Shown here: in pieces, positions 10,658-18,616 of the stretch
How positions within the stretch are numbered: the first letter of the stretch is position 1
Layout: each line of letters begins with the position of its first letter
Source: Candidatus Eiseniibacteriota bacterium
GTDB taxonomy: Bacteria > Eisenbacteria > RBG-16-71-46 > SZUA-252
Reading direction: 5' to 3'
Length of the DNA: 22,277 nucleotides
Assembly (NCBI GenBank): GCA_031370645.1
Contig: JANMQV010000166.1
Span: 1-22,277, forward strand
The notes under the pieces: model-generated
The model's input: the letters and a program-made list of their open reading frames with translations, nothing else
Told to the model about the DNA's origin: nothing
Databases searched by the model: none
Program-made: the position numbers and the translations under genes

Positions 10658-12064
10658 GTGATTTCAACGTGCTCTGGAATTAGGTTCAGTCGCCGCGCGA
10701 TGGGCGTGCTTCTCGCCGCGGTAGTTGCGGTCGGCGTGTCCGGCGAGCGCGCCGACGCGCAGTCGCTCGATGCCCGCCGGCTCGGCATGGGCGGGGTCGT
10801 CACGAGCGACATGGCCGCGGCCCGCGGGGCGAACCTCGCCTTCCGCGCCGTGCCGAAGGGACACAGCCACGGATCGATCCCGCTTCCGCTCGGACTGATT
10901 CAGTTGGCGTCGGATCCACCGGAGTTCGATTCCAGTTCGCCCGACTTCAACGTCTTCGAAATCGCCGATCTCATCACGAACCCTCCGCTGACCCTTTCGC
11001 TCAGCCGCCCCGATCCGGTATCGAGCGACATCAAGGTCTATATCGCGCAGGACTCGCTGAGCATCGATCTCGAGGATCTACGCCGCATCATCCCCGAGTC
11101 TTCCCTCCAGAACGGCGGCGTGACGCACTTGCCGGGGTTGGGCTTCGGATTTCGTAATGCGTTCGCGCAGTTCGTCCCGGTCGTCCATGTGCAGAACGAG
11201 CTGGAATTGGACAACGCGCTGCGTGGCGTTCTAAGAGACGCCGAGCCGTTCACGACCCGGACCCGCTACGGCCTCACCGACGTCGGCGTGGCGCAAGGCG
11301 CGCTCTCGTTCCAGGTGGGGCTCGCGTATCGCGCGTTTCACCGTACGGCGCCCGGCGTGGGCGAGGAAGAGGACGAAGGGGACGAGGATCCGCGCCGAAA
11401 CGGGTCGACGTCGCTCTACGTCGGCGCGGGGCCGAAATATCTCTACGGCATCGCCTACGGCGACGTGCGCGCGGTCGGCGGCGCGACGACCGGCGATACG
11501 CTCCTCGGGAGCGGCGACCCGGTGTCGCTCGACGTCGCGGCGCGGACCCGCCATGCCATCGTGGGCGGCGACGGCGGCTCCGGACACGGCAAAGGCGCCG
11601 ACGTCGGGGTCGTTCTCTACCACCGGAATTTCGAACTCGGAATCGGCATGAACGATCTCTCGAGCGAGATATCGTGGAAGGTGACCGAACGGCGGCACGT
11701 CTACAACGACTCGCTCAACGAGTTCACGACGACCGAAGTCGCCTCCGACCGTGACTTCACAAGCCGGATCCCGGTTACGACCACGATCAACGTCGCAAAG
11801 CGGTTCGGCGAAACGACGATCGCGGCCGACATCGTGGACGGACCGATTGCGACCTCGATTCACCTCGGGGCGGAGATGTGGCTGGGGCCCCTGGTGGCGG
11901 TGCGGGCGGGGACCTATCGCGACGCGAACGACCAGTGGCAGATGGCCATCGGCGGCGGCGTCAAACTCGGCGGCATCGGGCTCGACCTGGCGATCGCCTC
12001 CCACCAGCGCTACGTCGAAGAGAAGCGCGCGGTCGAGATGGCCGCTTCCCTGACGCTCTACTAG
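10658..12064 (+). CDS. Outer-membrane beta-barrel protein (FadL/PorV/TraF/DUF5723-like)
   Basis: Signal peptide ending ADA followed by QSLDARRLGMGGV; amphipathic strands (GADVGVVLY, FELGIGMNDL, HLGAEMW, VRAG, IGLDLA); terminal aromatic residue (SLTLY); SD GAGGT 7 nt upstream of GTG. Confidence 0.7.
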   Translation: MISTCSGIRFSRRAMGVLLAAVVAVGVSGERADAQSLDARRLGMGGVVTSDMAAARGANLAFRAVPKGHSHGSIPLPLGLIQLASDPPEFDSSSPDFNVFEIADLITNPPLTLSLSRPDPVSSDIKVYIAQDSLSIDLEDLRRIIPESSLQNGGVTHLPGLGFGFRNAFAQFVPVVHVQNELELDNALRGVLRDAEPFTTRTRYGLTDVGVAQGALSFQVGLAYRAFHRTAPGVGEEEDEGDEDPRRNGSTSLYVGAGPKYLYGIAYGDVRAVGGATTGDTLLGSGDPVSLDVAARTRHAIVGGDGGSGHGKGADVGVVLYHRNFELGIGMNDLSSEISWKVTERRHVYNDSLNEFTTTEVASDRDFTSRIPVTTTINVAKRFGETTIAADIVDGPIATSIHLGAEMWLGPLVAVRAGTYRDANDQWQMAIGGGVKLGGIGLDLAIASHQRYVEEKRAVEMAASLTLY

Positions 12065-12073
12065 GAGATCCCG

Positions 12074-12625
12074 ATGCGACGCCTCGTCCCGACCCTGTTC
12101 GCGCTAGCGCTCCTGACGGCCGGCTGCGGCGACCGGAGCCTCATCCTGACGGTCAACGTGCTCTCATTCCTCGATCCTTCCGATGTCTCCGCCAACTACT
12201 CCGTGCCGGGAGGCCTCCCGTCGGCGACCGTGGACGTGGCCGACCAGACGGTGAATCTGCTCCAGGGCGTGGAGGACGTGACCGACATCGCGTCGGCCAC
12301 CCTCGACATCGCCGCGACCTTCGACAATGTGACTGGGACGGCGAGCGGAACGCTCCTCCTCTACGCCGTGCCGAGCGACTCCGCCTCGCCCTTCGCCTCC
12401 GCGCCGATCGCTTCGATCCCGATCGTGCTCACGCCCGGAACGATCTCGAACGTGAGCACGCGCGTCTCCTCCGACGCGCTGGCGGCGGCCCTGGTGAGCG
12501 ATCGCGCGCGGATCGGAATCCGAATCTCGCTCGACACCTCGGCCACGCCGCTCCTCCAGACGGTCTCGGGGACCGAGACGATCACGCAGCTCCTCGCCAC
12601 CGTGGTGACGAAGAAGCAGCTCTAG
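12074..12625 (+). CDS. Uncharacterised lipoprotein, Ser/Thr/Ala-rich and predicted beta-rich
   Basis: MRRLVPTLFALALLTAGC lipobox; SD AGGAG; starts 9 nt after the OMP stop. Confidence 0.75.
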   Translation: MRRLVPTLFALALLTAGCGDRSLILTVNVLSFLDPSDVSANYSVPGGLPSATVDVADQTVNLLQGVEDVTDIASATLDIAATFDNVTGTASGTLLLYAVPSDSASPFASAPIASIPIVLTPGTISNVSTRVSSDALAAALVSDRARIGIRISLDTSATPLLQTVSGTETITQLLATVVTKKQL

Positions 12626-12640
12626 CCGGGCGCCGCGCCG

Positions 12641-13750
12641 CTAGCGGACGCGGCGATGATTCGTCAGGAGCATCTCGCAGACGACGGGCCCCGGGTCGAA
12701 GGGAATCACCTCGCGCGATTTCGCCTGCGCGTTCCTCACCTCGCGGATCTGAATCGAGATCCCTTCCGCTCGCGCCATCCCCGGATCCTTGATCTCCTTC
12801 TCGCTCACCCCGTGATATCCCGCTGCCGTGAAGAGAATGGCGGCCGACCCGAACGCCCACTCTTCCCCGTTCGGCTGGCGCTGTTTTTGGGTCATCCAGA
12901 AGAGATTCTTCCAGGTCCGGGCGTAGAAGGCCCGGAGGGAGTCCTGCGTCCCCGGCACCCAATAGGCGCGCACCCGGGCGTTCGCGTCGTCGAGACCGCC
13001 CGCCGTCATCCACTCGGCGATCCCGGCCGATTCCCGCATCGACAAGACTGCCTTCGGGGGCACCGGGAATGTCTCCCACTCCGAGAGGAGGCGGAGCAGC
13101 GGGCTGTCCTTCTTCTTCCCCGCCCGAAGCGTGCGAAGTGCTCCGGCATCGTCTCCGCTCAGCATCTGGTAGGTCGCGAGCGCCGTGCGGTAGGCATTGG
13201 AGTCGGGGGCGAGTTCCACCGCCTTCCCCGCCGCCTCGAGCGCCTGCGGCAACTGGGAGCGCTTCGGATCGATCGCCAGTTTGTCGTAGATCGGCTCGAA
13301 GAGTCCGTAGACGAGCGACTTCCAGTAGTAGACCTCGGCGTTTTTCGGCTCCCGCTTGGTCGCCTCCTCGAGACGCGCCAGACAGTCGGCCACCTTCTTC
13401 TTGGAGTCGGCCGCGCGCGCGAAGTGGTCGAGCGGCATTCCCGCTGAATCGACCGGCGCTTGCTGAGGCGAAAGCGCCTCCTCCGCGAGCCGAAGCTTCA
13501 CGAAGATCAGGACCGCGGGGACGTCGTCCTTGTGTTTCGTGAGGAACGCGGCCGTCCTCCCTCGTGCCGCCACGACGAGCCGAGTCAGCGATTCGGGGTC
13601 GCTCGGCGTAAAGCCGCGGACGAGCGAGTCCGCCAGGGCGCGCTCCGTCGCCAATTCCTTGGTCGACGCCGGGCCGCGTGAACAGGCGCCAACGATCAGC
13701 GTGAGGGCTGCCACCATGCCCCACACTGGGGTCATCCACGAACGACGCAC
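12641..13750 (-). CDS. Putative lipoprotein with TPR-like repeats
   Basis: LIVGAC lipobox; TPR-like segments EPKNAEVYYWKSLVY and AVELAPDSNAYRTALATYQ; GTG start with SD GGAGG. Confidence 0.7.
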   Translation of the reverse strand: MRRSWMTPVWGMVAALTLIVGACSRGPASTKELATERALADSLVRGFTPSDPESLTRLVVAARGRTAAFLTKHKDDVPAVLIFVKLRLAEEALSPQQAPVDSAGMPLDHFARAADSKKKVADCLARLEEATKREPKNAEVYYWKSLVYGLFEPIYDKLAIDPKRSQLPQALEAAGKAVELAPDSNAYRTALATYQMLSGDDAGALRTLRAGKKKDSPLLRLLSEWETFPVPPKAVLSMRESAGIAEWMTAGGLDDANARVRAYWVPGTQDSLRAFYARTWKNLFWMTQKQRQPNGEEWAFGSAAILFTAAGYHGVSEKEIKDPGMARAEGISIQIREVRNAQAKSREVIPFDPGPVVCEMLLTNHRRVR

Positions 13751-13763
13751 GAAACCTCCCGCG

Positions 13764-13792
13764 TTGCGGTTCCTTCGAGACTCCCCTAGGAT
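13764..13792 (+). promoter_or_regulatory. Putative sigma70 promoter of the HD/FolE-like/GT2/TrxB-like operon
   Basis: TTGCGG-17 nt-TAGGAT ending 9 nt before ATG 13802. Confidence 0.6.
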
Positions 13793-13801
13793 CAGGAGTC
13801 G

Positions 13802-14401
13802 ATGAGTGACGTCCTAAACACGCCTTCCGCAAACGCGGCAACCGGACTTCTCGACCGCGAGCGGGTGCTGGCGCTCCTTCACGAGTACACCGAGGGACCC
13901 GGCCTCCGCAAGCACGCAGTCGCGGTAGAGGCCGCCATGCGGGCGTACGCCCTTCGGGGTGGTCACGACGAGGCGCTCTGGGGCGCGACGGGACTTCTTC
14001 ACGACATGGACTACGAGAAGCACCCGACGCCCGAGGAACACCCGCGCGTCGGCTGCGGCATTCTGGAGGAGCGGGGCTACCCGGCCGATTTGATCGAGGC
14101 GATCTGGGGCCACGCCGCCTACAGCGGCGTCCCGCGCGTGACGCCGATGGCCAAGACGCTCTTCGCGGTGGACGAACTCTGCGGCCTGATCACAGCCACA
14201 GCGCTCGTCATGCCGAGCAAACGCCTCGCCGACGTGACGCCGGAGTCGGTCGTGAGAAAGATGCGGACCAAGGGTTTCGCCCGGTCCGTGAATCGCGATG
14301 AAATCGAACAGGGCGCCGCCGACCTCGGCGTCCCCTTGGAGGAACACGTGACTTTCGTTCTCACCGCCATGCAGGGCGCCGCCGAGCGCCTCGGACTATG
14401 A
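13802..14401 (+). CDS. HD/HDIG-domain metal-dependent phosphohydrolase
   Basis: RKHAVAVE, GLLHDMDYE, EEHP, GHA, LFAVDELCG and FARSVNRDEI motifs. Confidence 0.9.
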   Translation: MSDVLNTPSANAATGLLDRERVLALLHEYTEGPGLRKHAVAVEAAMRAYALRGGHDEALWGATGLLHDMDYEKHPTPEEHPRVGCGILEERGYPADLIEAIWGHAAYSGVPRVTPMAKTLFAVDELCGLITATALVMPSKRLADVTPESVVRKMRTKGFARSVNRDEIEQGAADLGVPLEEHVTFVLTAMQGAAERLGL

Positions 14402-15012
14402 GCCCCGCGAAGAAGAAGCCAGCGAAGCACAAGTCGGCGAAGCGGGCGAGCCGCCGCCAACTCCGTCCCGGAACGCCCGACGTCGCCGCGCTCACGCGGT
14501 TTCTCCATTCGATCGGAGTCGATACCGAGCACGACGACGAGTACTCGCTTACCGCACCGCTCCTGGCGGAGCTGCTATTCGAACGGACAGCCGGATTGCG
14601 CGAGGAGCCGCCGATGCTTCGCCCCCTTCCCTACCGCGGACGGCCGGGCGAGACCGTGGCGATCGAGGCGATGTACTTCTACGGCCTCTGCCCTCATCAC
14701 CTCGTTCCCTACTTCGGCGAAGTCTCGGTCCGCTACGTGCCGCGCCAGCGCCTCTGCGGCGCAGGGGCGCTCGTTCGCGCGGTCCGCGCGCTCGCGACGG
14801 TGCCGCGGCTCCAGGAAGACCTGACGCAGGAAATCGCCGATCTCGTGGAGCGCTCGCTTGAGCCGCGAGGAGTCTACGTCCACGCCGCGGCGCGCCATCT
14901 CTGCATGGAGCTCCGAGGAGCCGAGGGACGGGCGCGACTCGTGACGGAAGCGCGTCGGGGCGACCCGATCATCGCGTCCGGCGAGAGCGGAGCGGCACGG
15001 CGGCGCCGGTAG
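14398..15012 (+). CDS. GTP cyclohydrolase I (FolE)-like protein, divergent
   Basis: CPHHLVPYFG, YVP, RLQEDLTQEIA and HLCMELRG motifs of FolE; lacks the TPxR and GLSK motifs and the C-terminal helix. Confidence 0.85.
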   Translation: MSPAKKKPAKHKSAKRASRRQLRPGTPDVAALTRFLHSIGVDTEHDDEYSLTAPLLAELLFERTAGLREEPPMLRPLPYRGRPGETVAIEAMYFYGLCPHHLVPYFGEVSVRYVPRQRLCGAGALVRAVRALATVPRLQEDLTQEIADLVERSLEPRGVYVHAAARHLCMELRGAEGRARLVTEARRGDPIIASGESGAARRRR

Positions 15013-15016
15013 CGGC

Positions 15017-15751
15017 GTGGCCTCGATCTCGATTCTCCTCCCGACCCGCGACCGCCCCGAGTTCCTCCTCGAGGCGCTCCAATCGGCCCGGCAGCAGACG
15101 CATCCCGAATTGGAATTGATCCTCATTCGAGACGGTGGGGCGGCGCTCTCAGACGCCGTGCGCGCCGTGCTCGACGGATTCGAGTTCCCCGTGACGCTCG
15201 TGGAGCACGATAGCGAAGCCGAGGGGGCGGCGCGGAGCCGAAATCACGGCGTGGAACGCGCGCGCGGCGACGCGATCGCGTTTCTCGACGACGATGACCT
15301 CTGGGAGCCGCGCCACACCGCCGCCCTGGCGCAAGCGTTCGACGTCGACCCCGCCGCCGACGTTCTCTATTCCGACGCCCGCGTGGTGAAGGAGGAGACG
15401 GGCCAGGTGCGGCGCATCGCGCGAGACTTCGACGGCGGGCACTTCACGCGGGACGGCTTCATCCCCCCGAGCAGCATGGCCGCGAGGCGCGGTGTGTTCG
15501 AGCGCTTCGGGCGCTTTGATTCCGAGTTCACCTACTCCGAGGACTGGGAGTGGCTGATCCGCGTTCACCGCGGCGGCGGAAAGTTGAAGCGCGTACGAGG
15601 CGAGACGGTGACGATTCGAATTCATCCCGGGGGGCTCTCGGCCCTTTCGCCGGAGCGGCTGGCCGAACGGCGCCGCTGCCTGGCGCTGATGTCCGAGCGT
15701 CACGGTCTCGGGCCGATCGAACCGAAGACGTTCTGGGAGATCGCGACTTAG
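15017..15751 (+). CDS. Family 2 (GT-A) glycosyltransferase
   Basis: SILLPTRDR, IRDGG, GAARSRNHGV, IAFLDDDDLW and EDWEW motifs. Confidence 0.92.
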   Translation: MASISILLPTRDRPEFLLEALQSARQQTHPELELILIRDGGAALSDAVRAVLDGFEFPVTLVEHDSEAEGAARSRNHGVERARGDAIAFLDDDDLWEPRHTAALAQAFDVDPAADVLYSDARVVKEETGQVRRIARDFDGGHFTRDGFIPPSSMAARRGVFERFGRFDSEFTYSEDWEWLIRVHRGGGKLKRVRGETVTIRIHPGGLSALSPERLAERRRCLALMSERHGLGPIEPKTFWEIAT

Positions 15752-15753
15752 GC

Positions 15754-16746
15754 ATGTCTCGGGCTTCGCGCACTTCCCCGGCGGTGAAGCGTGCTTCCCC
15801 CAAGCCCGCGCGTCTCGACGTCGTGGTGGTCGGCGCCGGGGTGGCGGGACTCTCCACGGCCCTCTGGCTTCGCGATTTCGGGCTCGACGCGCTGCTGATC
15901 GAGGAGACTTCGTGCCCCGGCGGACAGGTTCACGAGATCCACGCCGCCATTCCCAATTACCTCGCCACGTTCGGCTGGGACGGCGCCCGTCTGGCTGGCG
16001 CGGCGCTGTCGGACGCACGCACGGCGGGGCTCTCGATTCTCGTGGGGGCGCGCGTCACGCGCATCTCCACAAGTGGACGTTGGGTGGAACGCGCCGCGGA
16101 CGACGCCGGTGGCGCGGTCCGAGTTCCGGCTCGGGCGGTGGTACTCGCGACAGGGTTGCGACGTCGCACACTCGGCGTTTCCGGGGAGACCGAGTTTCGC
16201 GATCGCGGCATTTCCCACTCGGCGAATCGTGACCGGGATCGATTCGCCGGGAAGCCGGTTGTCGTCGTTGGCGGGGGCACGGCCGCCGTCGAGGACGCGC
16301 TCCTTTGCGCGGAGCGCGGCTCCGACGTCACACTTCTCCATCGTTCCGCGACGTTCCGCGCGCGGGCCGACTTCCTGGAGCGCGCGCGCGCGAATTCTCG
16401 GATACGATTCACGACGGATGCGGCCGTGACGGGCATCGATGGAACTGACGCGGTGGAGTCGGTCACCTATCGCCTGCGCGGCTCGCGCGCGGACGTACGC
16501 ATTCCCTGCGCCGGCGTCTTCGTCCGGATTGGGTGGGAACCGCGAACGGAACTAGTGCGGAAGCAAATTCGCTGCGACCGCGGCGGTTTCATCCGCGCGG
16601 GCGCGGCCGGCGCCACGAGCGCGCCGTGGGTCTTCGCGGCCGGCGACGTCTGCGCGCCACGCTGTCCCTCGATCGCGAACGCGGTCGGGCAAGGCGCGGC
16701 CGTCGCCTGGGAGATCGCGCGGCGGTTGGGGCGCGTTCGGGGGTAG
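15754..16746 (+). CDS. Thioredoxin-reductase-like FAD/NAD(P)H oxidoreductase lacking CxxC
   Basis: DVVVVGAGVAG, GGQ, VLATG, VVVVGGGTAA, HRSATFRA and VFAAGDV motifs. SHSANRD sits where TrxB has SxCxxCD. Start placed at ATG 15754, 2 nt after the GT2 stop. Confidence 0.88.
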   Translation: MSRASRTSPAVKRASPKPARLDVVVVGAGVAGLSTALWLRDFGLDALLIEETSCPGGQVHEIHAAIPNYLATFGWDGARLAGAALSDARTAGLSILVGARVTRISTSGRWVERAADDAGGAVRVPARAVVLATGLRRRTLGVSGETEFRDRGISHSANRDRDRFAGKPVVVVGGGTAAVEDALLCAERGSDVTLLHRSATFRARADFLERARANSRIRFTTDAAVTGIDGTDAVESVTYRLRGSRADVRIPCAGVFVRIGWEPRTELVRKQIRCDRGGFIRAGAAGATSAPWVFAAGDVCAPRCPSIANAVGQGAAVAWEIARRLGRVRG

Positions 16747-16759
16747 CGGCGGCGGCGGC

Positions 16760-17686
16760 CTAGTAGATGTTCCGCCCCCTCGGTGCCAGCACCGCCAGGG
16801 TGCCGAGAGCGACCAAGGGGCCCGTTAGGTATCCCGGATTCGGCCCCAATCGAATCCCGAAGTGGAGCGTCGTCTCCGAAACAGTGTAATTATCGGGGTA
16901 AAAGCTAACGGTATACCGGCTGACCGTGTACTGGTGCCGTTCGAGGCGCGTGAAAAACGAAGCCGCACCCGCGGCCGAAATCGCCACTTCTCCGAAGTAC
17001 GGAACGCCCCGTTCCTTTCGCGTGGCGGTGTCAATGTTCTGATAGAGACCTTGAGTGGTCTCGATGGCAATCCAGTCGCTCAGATATCGCCGAACGCGAA
17101 CCCCTGCGGATAGCGTTCGATACTCCTCGGACGATTCCATGAACTGTACGACTCCTCCCAATCCCCATCGGGGGGAAAGGTTCTTCATTCCCCCAATCCC
17201 CGTCGTCAGCAACGTGGAGCTTCTCCCCGTGTTGGTCGTCCCGCCAGCGCGGGAGCCAATCCCGAATTCGAGAACGAGGTAACTCCGGCGTCGCCGCTCA
17301 GGCGTCGAGTGAAACGGCCGCATCACCCAGGAAGCAAAAGAACGATTCTCTTCGGGACTTGGAACTCCGAACGACGACCGCCTTCGAAGCATCGAGTCGA
17401 GTCGATCAATCCCTTCCGCATCTTTGATCGATCGGATCTTATTGGCCGTGAGGTATCCCGTCTCACCGGACGGTGTGCGATACCGGAACGAGTCCATGCT
17501 CCAGTAGGAGACATAGACGGCCTCGAACCCGGGGCCTTTCACGAGATAGATGGTCAGCGTCGATTCGGGCGGGGCCGTGGAATCTGTAGTGAACGGTTCG
17601 GCGGCCGCGGAAGCGAGCGTCGATCGCAGGGGAATGAGAAAGGCGAGGAGAACCCCTAGGCAGAAGATGGTGCGAGAGCGGCGCAT
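16760..17686 (-). CDS. Secreted or membrane hypothetical protein with a beta-barrel-like C-terminal domain
   Basis: Signal peptide; SD GGAGG; amphipathic strands; hydrophobic C-terminal segment; homologous to 18617-19270. Confidence 0.7.
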   Translation of the reverse strand: MRRSRTIFCLGVLLAFLIPLRSTLASAAAEPFTTDSTAPPESTLTIYLVKGPGFEAVYVSYWSMDSFRYRTPSGETGYLTANKIRSIKDAEGIDRLDSMLRRRSSFGVPSPEENRSFASWVMRPFHSTPERRRRSYLVLEFGIGSRAGGTTNTGRSSTLLTTGIGGMKNLSPRWGLGGVVQFMESSEEYRTLSAGVRVRRYLSDWIAIETTQGLYQNIDTATRKERGVPYFGEVAISAAGAASFFTRLERHQYTVSRYTVSFYPDNYTVSETTLHFGIRLGPNPGYLTGPLVALGTLAVLAPRGRNIY

Positions 17687-17771
17687 CGGACCTCCGGGCG
17701 CCGGGGCGAGGCGGGGGTGATTCTCGGGGCGGCGCGAGATGCGCTGGACGGGTCAGCCATCCAGCCGCTAA

Positions 17772-17780
17772 ATCCTAGCA
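17772..17780 (-). promoter_or_regulatory. Possible extended -10 promoter for 16760-17686
   Basis: Minus strand TGC-TAGGAT in the intergenic region; the -35 match (GTGGCG) is poor. Confidence 0.4.
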
Positions 17781-17799
17781 CCACCAACGACGGGCGCCA

Positions 17800-18612
17800 C
17801 TACTTCGCGTTCAGATACTCCCTAAGGAGGACCTGCCACCGGGCAGGCTGCTCCAGGGTCGGCAGGTGCGCGGTTCCCTCGATGATTTCGAGCCGCGAAC
17901 CCGGGATTTCAGCGTGAACCCTTCGCGCGACGCCGAGCACGTGCGGCACGTCGATTGACCCCGCGACGATGAGCGTCGGAACCTTGATCTCACCGAGCCT
18001 CGCCCGCGTCGGCGGCACGAGGCGGTCGAGTTTCACCCCGTCGGGCGTGGGGTTTTCGAATGCGAGATGCTGCATGACGCCGACAAGCCGCCGTACCTCG
18101 GGATTCACCTGGTCCGGCGTACGATGCGGCCCGTCCACCCACATGCGGAGATTTTCCTCCGTGGCCCCGTCCAAGTCGCCACGCCCCAAGGCCGCTTCCT
18201 CCCGCTCGCCGAAGGCACGGATCTCCGGCGACTCGCCGCCGTCCCCGATGCTCGGCGAGATCAACACGAGGCACTCCACCCGCTCCGGATGCGCCAGCGC
18301 CACGTCGAGCGCGACGTTCGAACCAAACGAGCAGCCGACCAGTGTCGCCCGCTCGACGTGGAGCGACTCCATCACCGCCAGAACGTCGCCGTGATACGAA
18401 AACTTCTCCGCCACGAGCTGAGTGCGCCCGAATCCGCGCAGGTCGATCCGAACGACGCGATTCGTTTTCTGAAACGCCGTGAACTCGGCGTCCCACATGC
18501 GCGAGTCGGCGACGCCCGCGTGCAGGAACACGATCGCGGGGCCGGTGCCGGCGGACTCGGCCCAGATGGAAGCGCCGGAGACGGCGATCAGCATAGCGAG
18601 AGCGGAATCCAT
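17800..18612 (-). CDS. Alpha/beta fold hydrolase
   Basis: VFLHAG, DLRGFG, GCSFG nucleophile elbow, PTLIVAGSID and TAHL motifs. Confidence 0.93.
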   Translation of the reverse strand: MDSALAMLIAVSGASIWAESAGTGPAIVFLHAGVADSRMWDAEFTAFQKTNRVVRIDLRGFGRTQLVAEKFSYHGDVLAVMESLHVERATLVGCSFGSNVALDVALAHPERVECLVLISPSIGDGGESPEIRAFGEREEAALGRGDLDGATEENLRMWVDGPHRTPDQVNPEVRRLVGVMQHLAFENPTPDGVKLDRLVPPTRARLGEIKVPTLIVAGSIDVPHVLGVARRVHAEIPGSRLEIIEGTAHLPTLEQPARWQVLLREYLNAK

Positions 18613-18616
18613 CGCG

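Noticed and set aside
10658-12064. TraF-like similarity as evidence of a conjugative element
   Set aside because: No other tra genes, integrase or att sites are visible; the motif is shared by chromosomal FadL/PorV-like barrels.
16745-16759. Short GGC repeat between convergent genes
   Set aside because: Too short, and expected by chance at this GC content.
10658-17686. RR pairs in signal peptides (SRRAM, MRRLV, MRRSW, MRRSR) as Tat substrates for the nearby TatC
   Set aside because: None matches S/T-R-R-x-F-L-K, and Arg-rich n-regions are common in GC-rich genomes.
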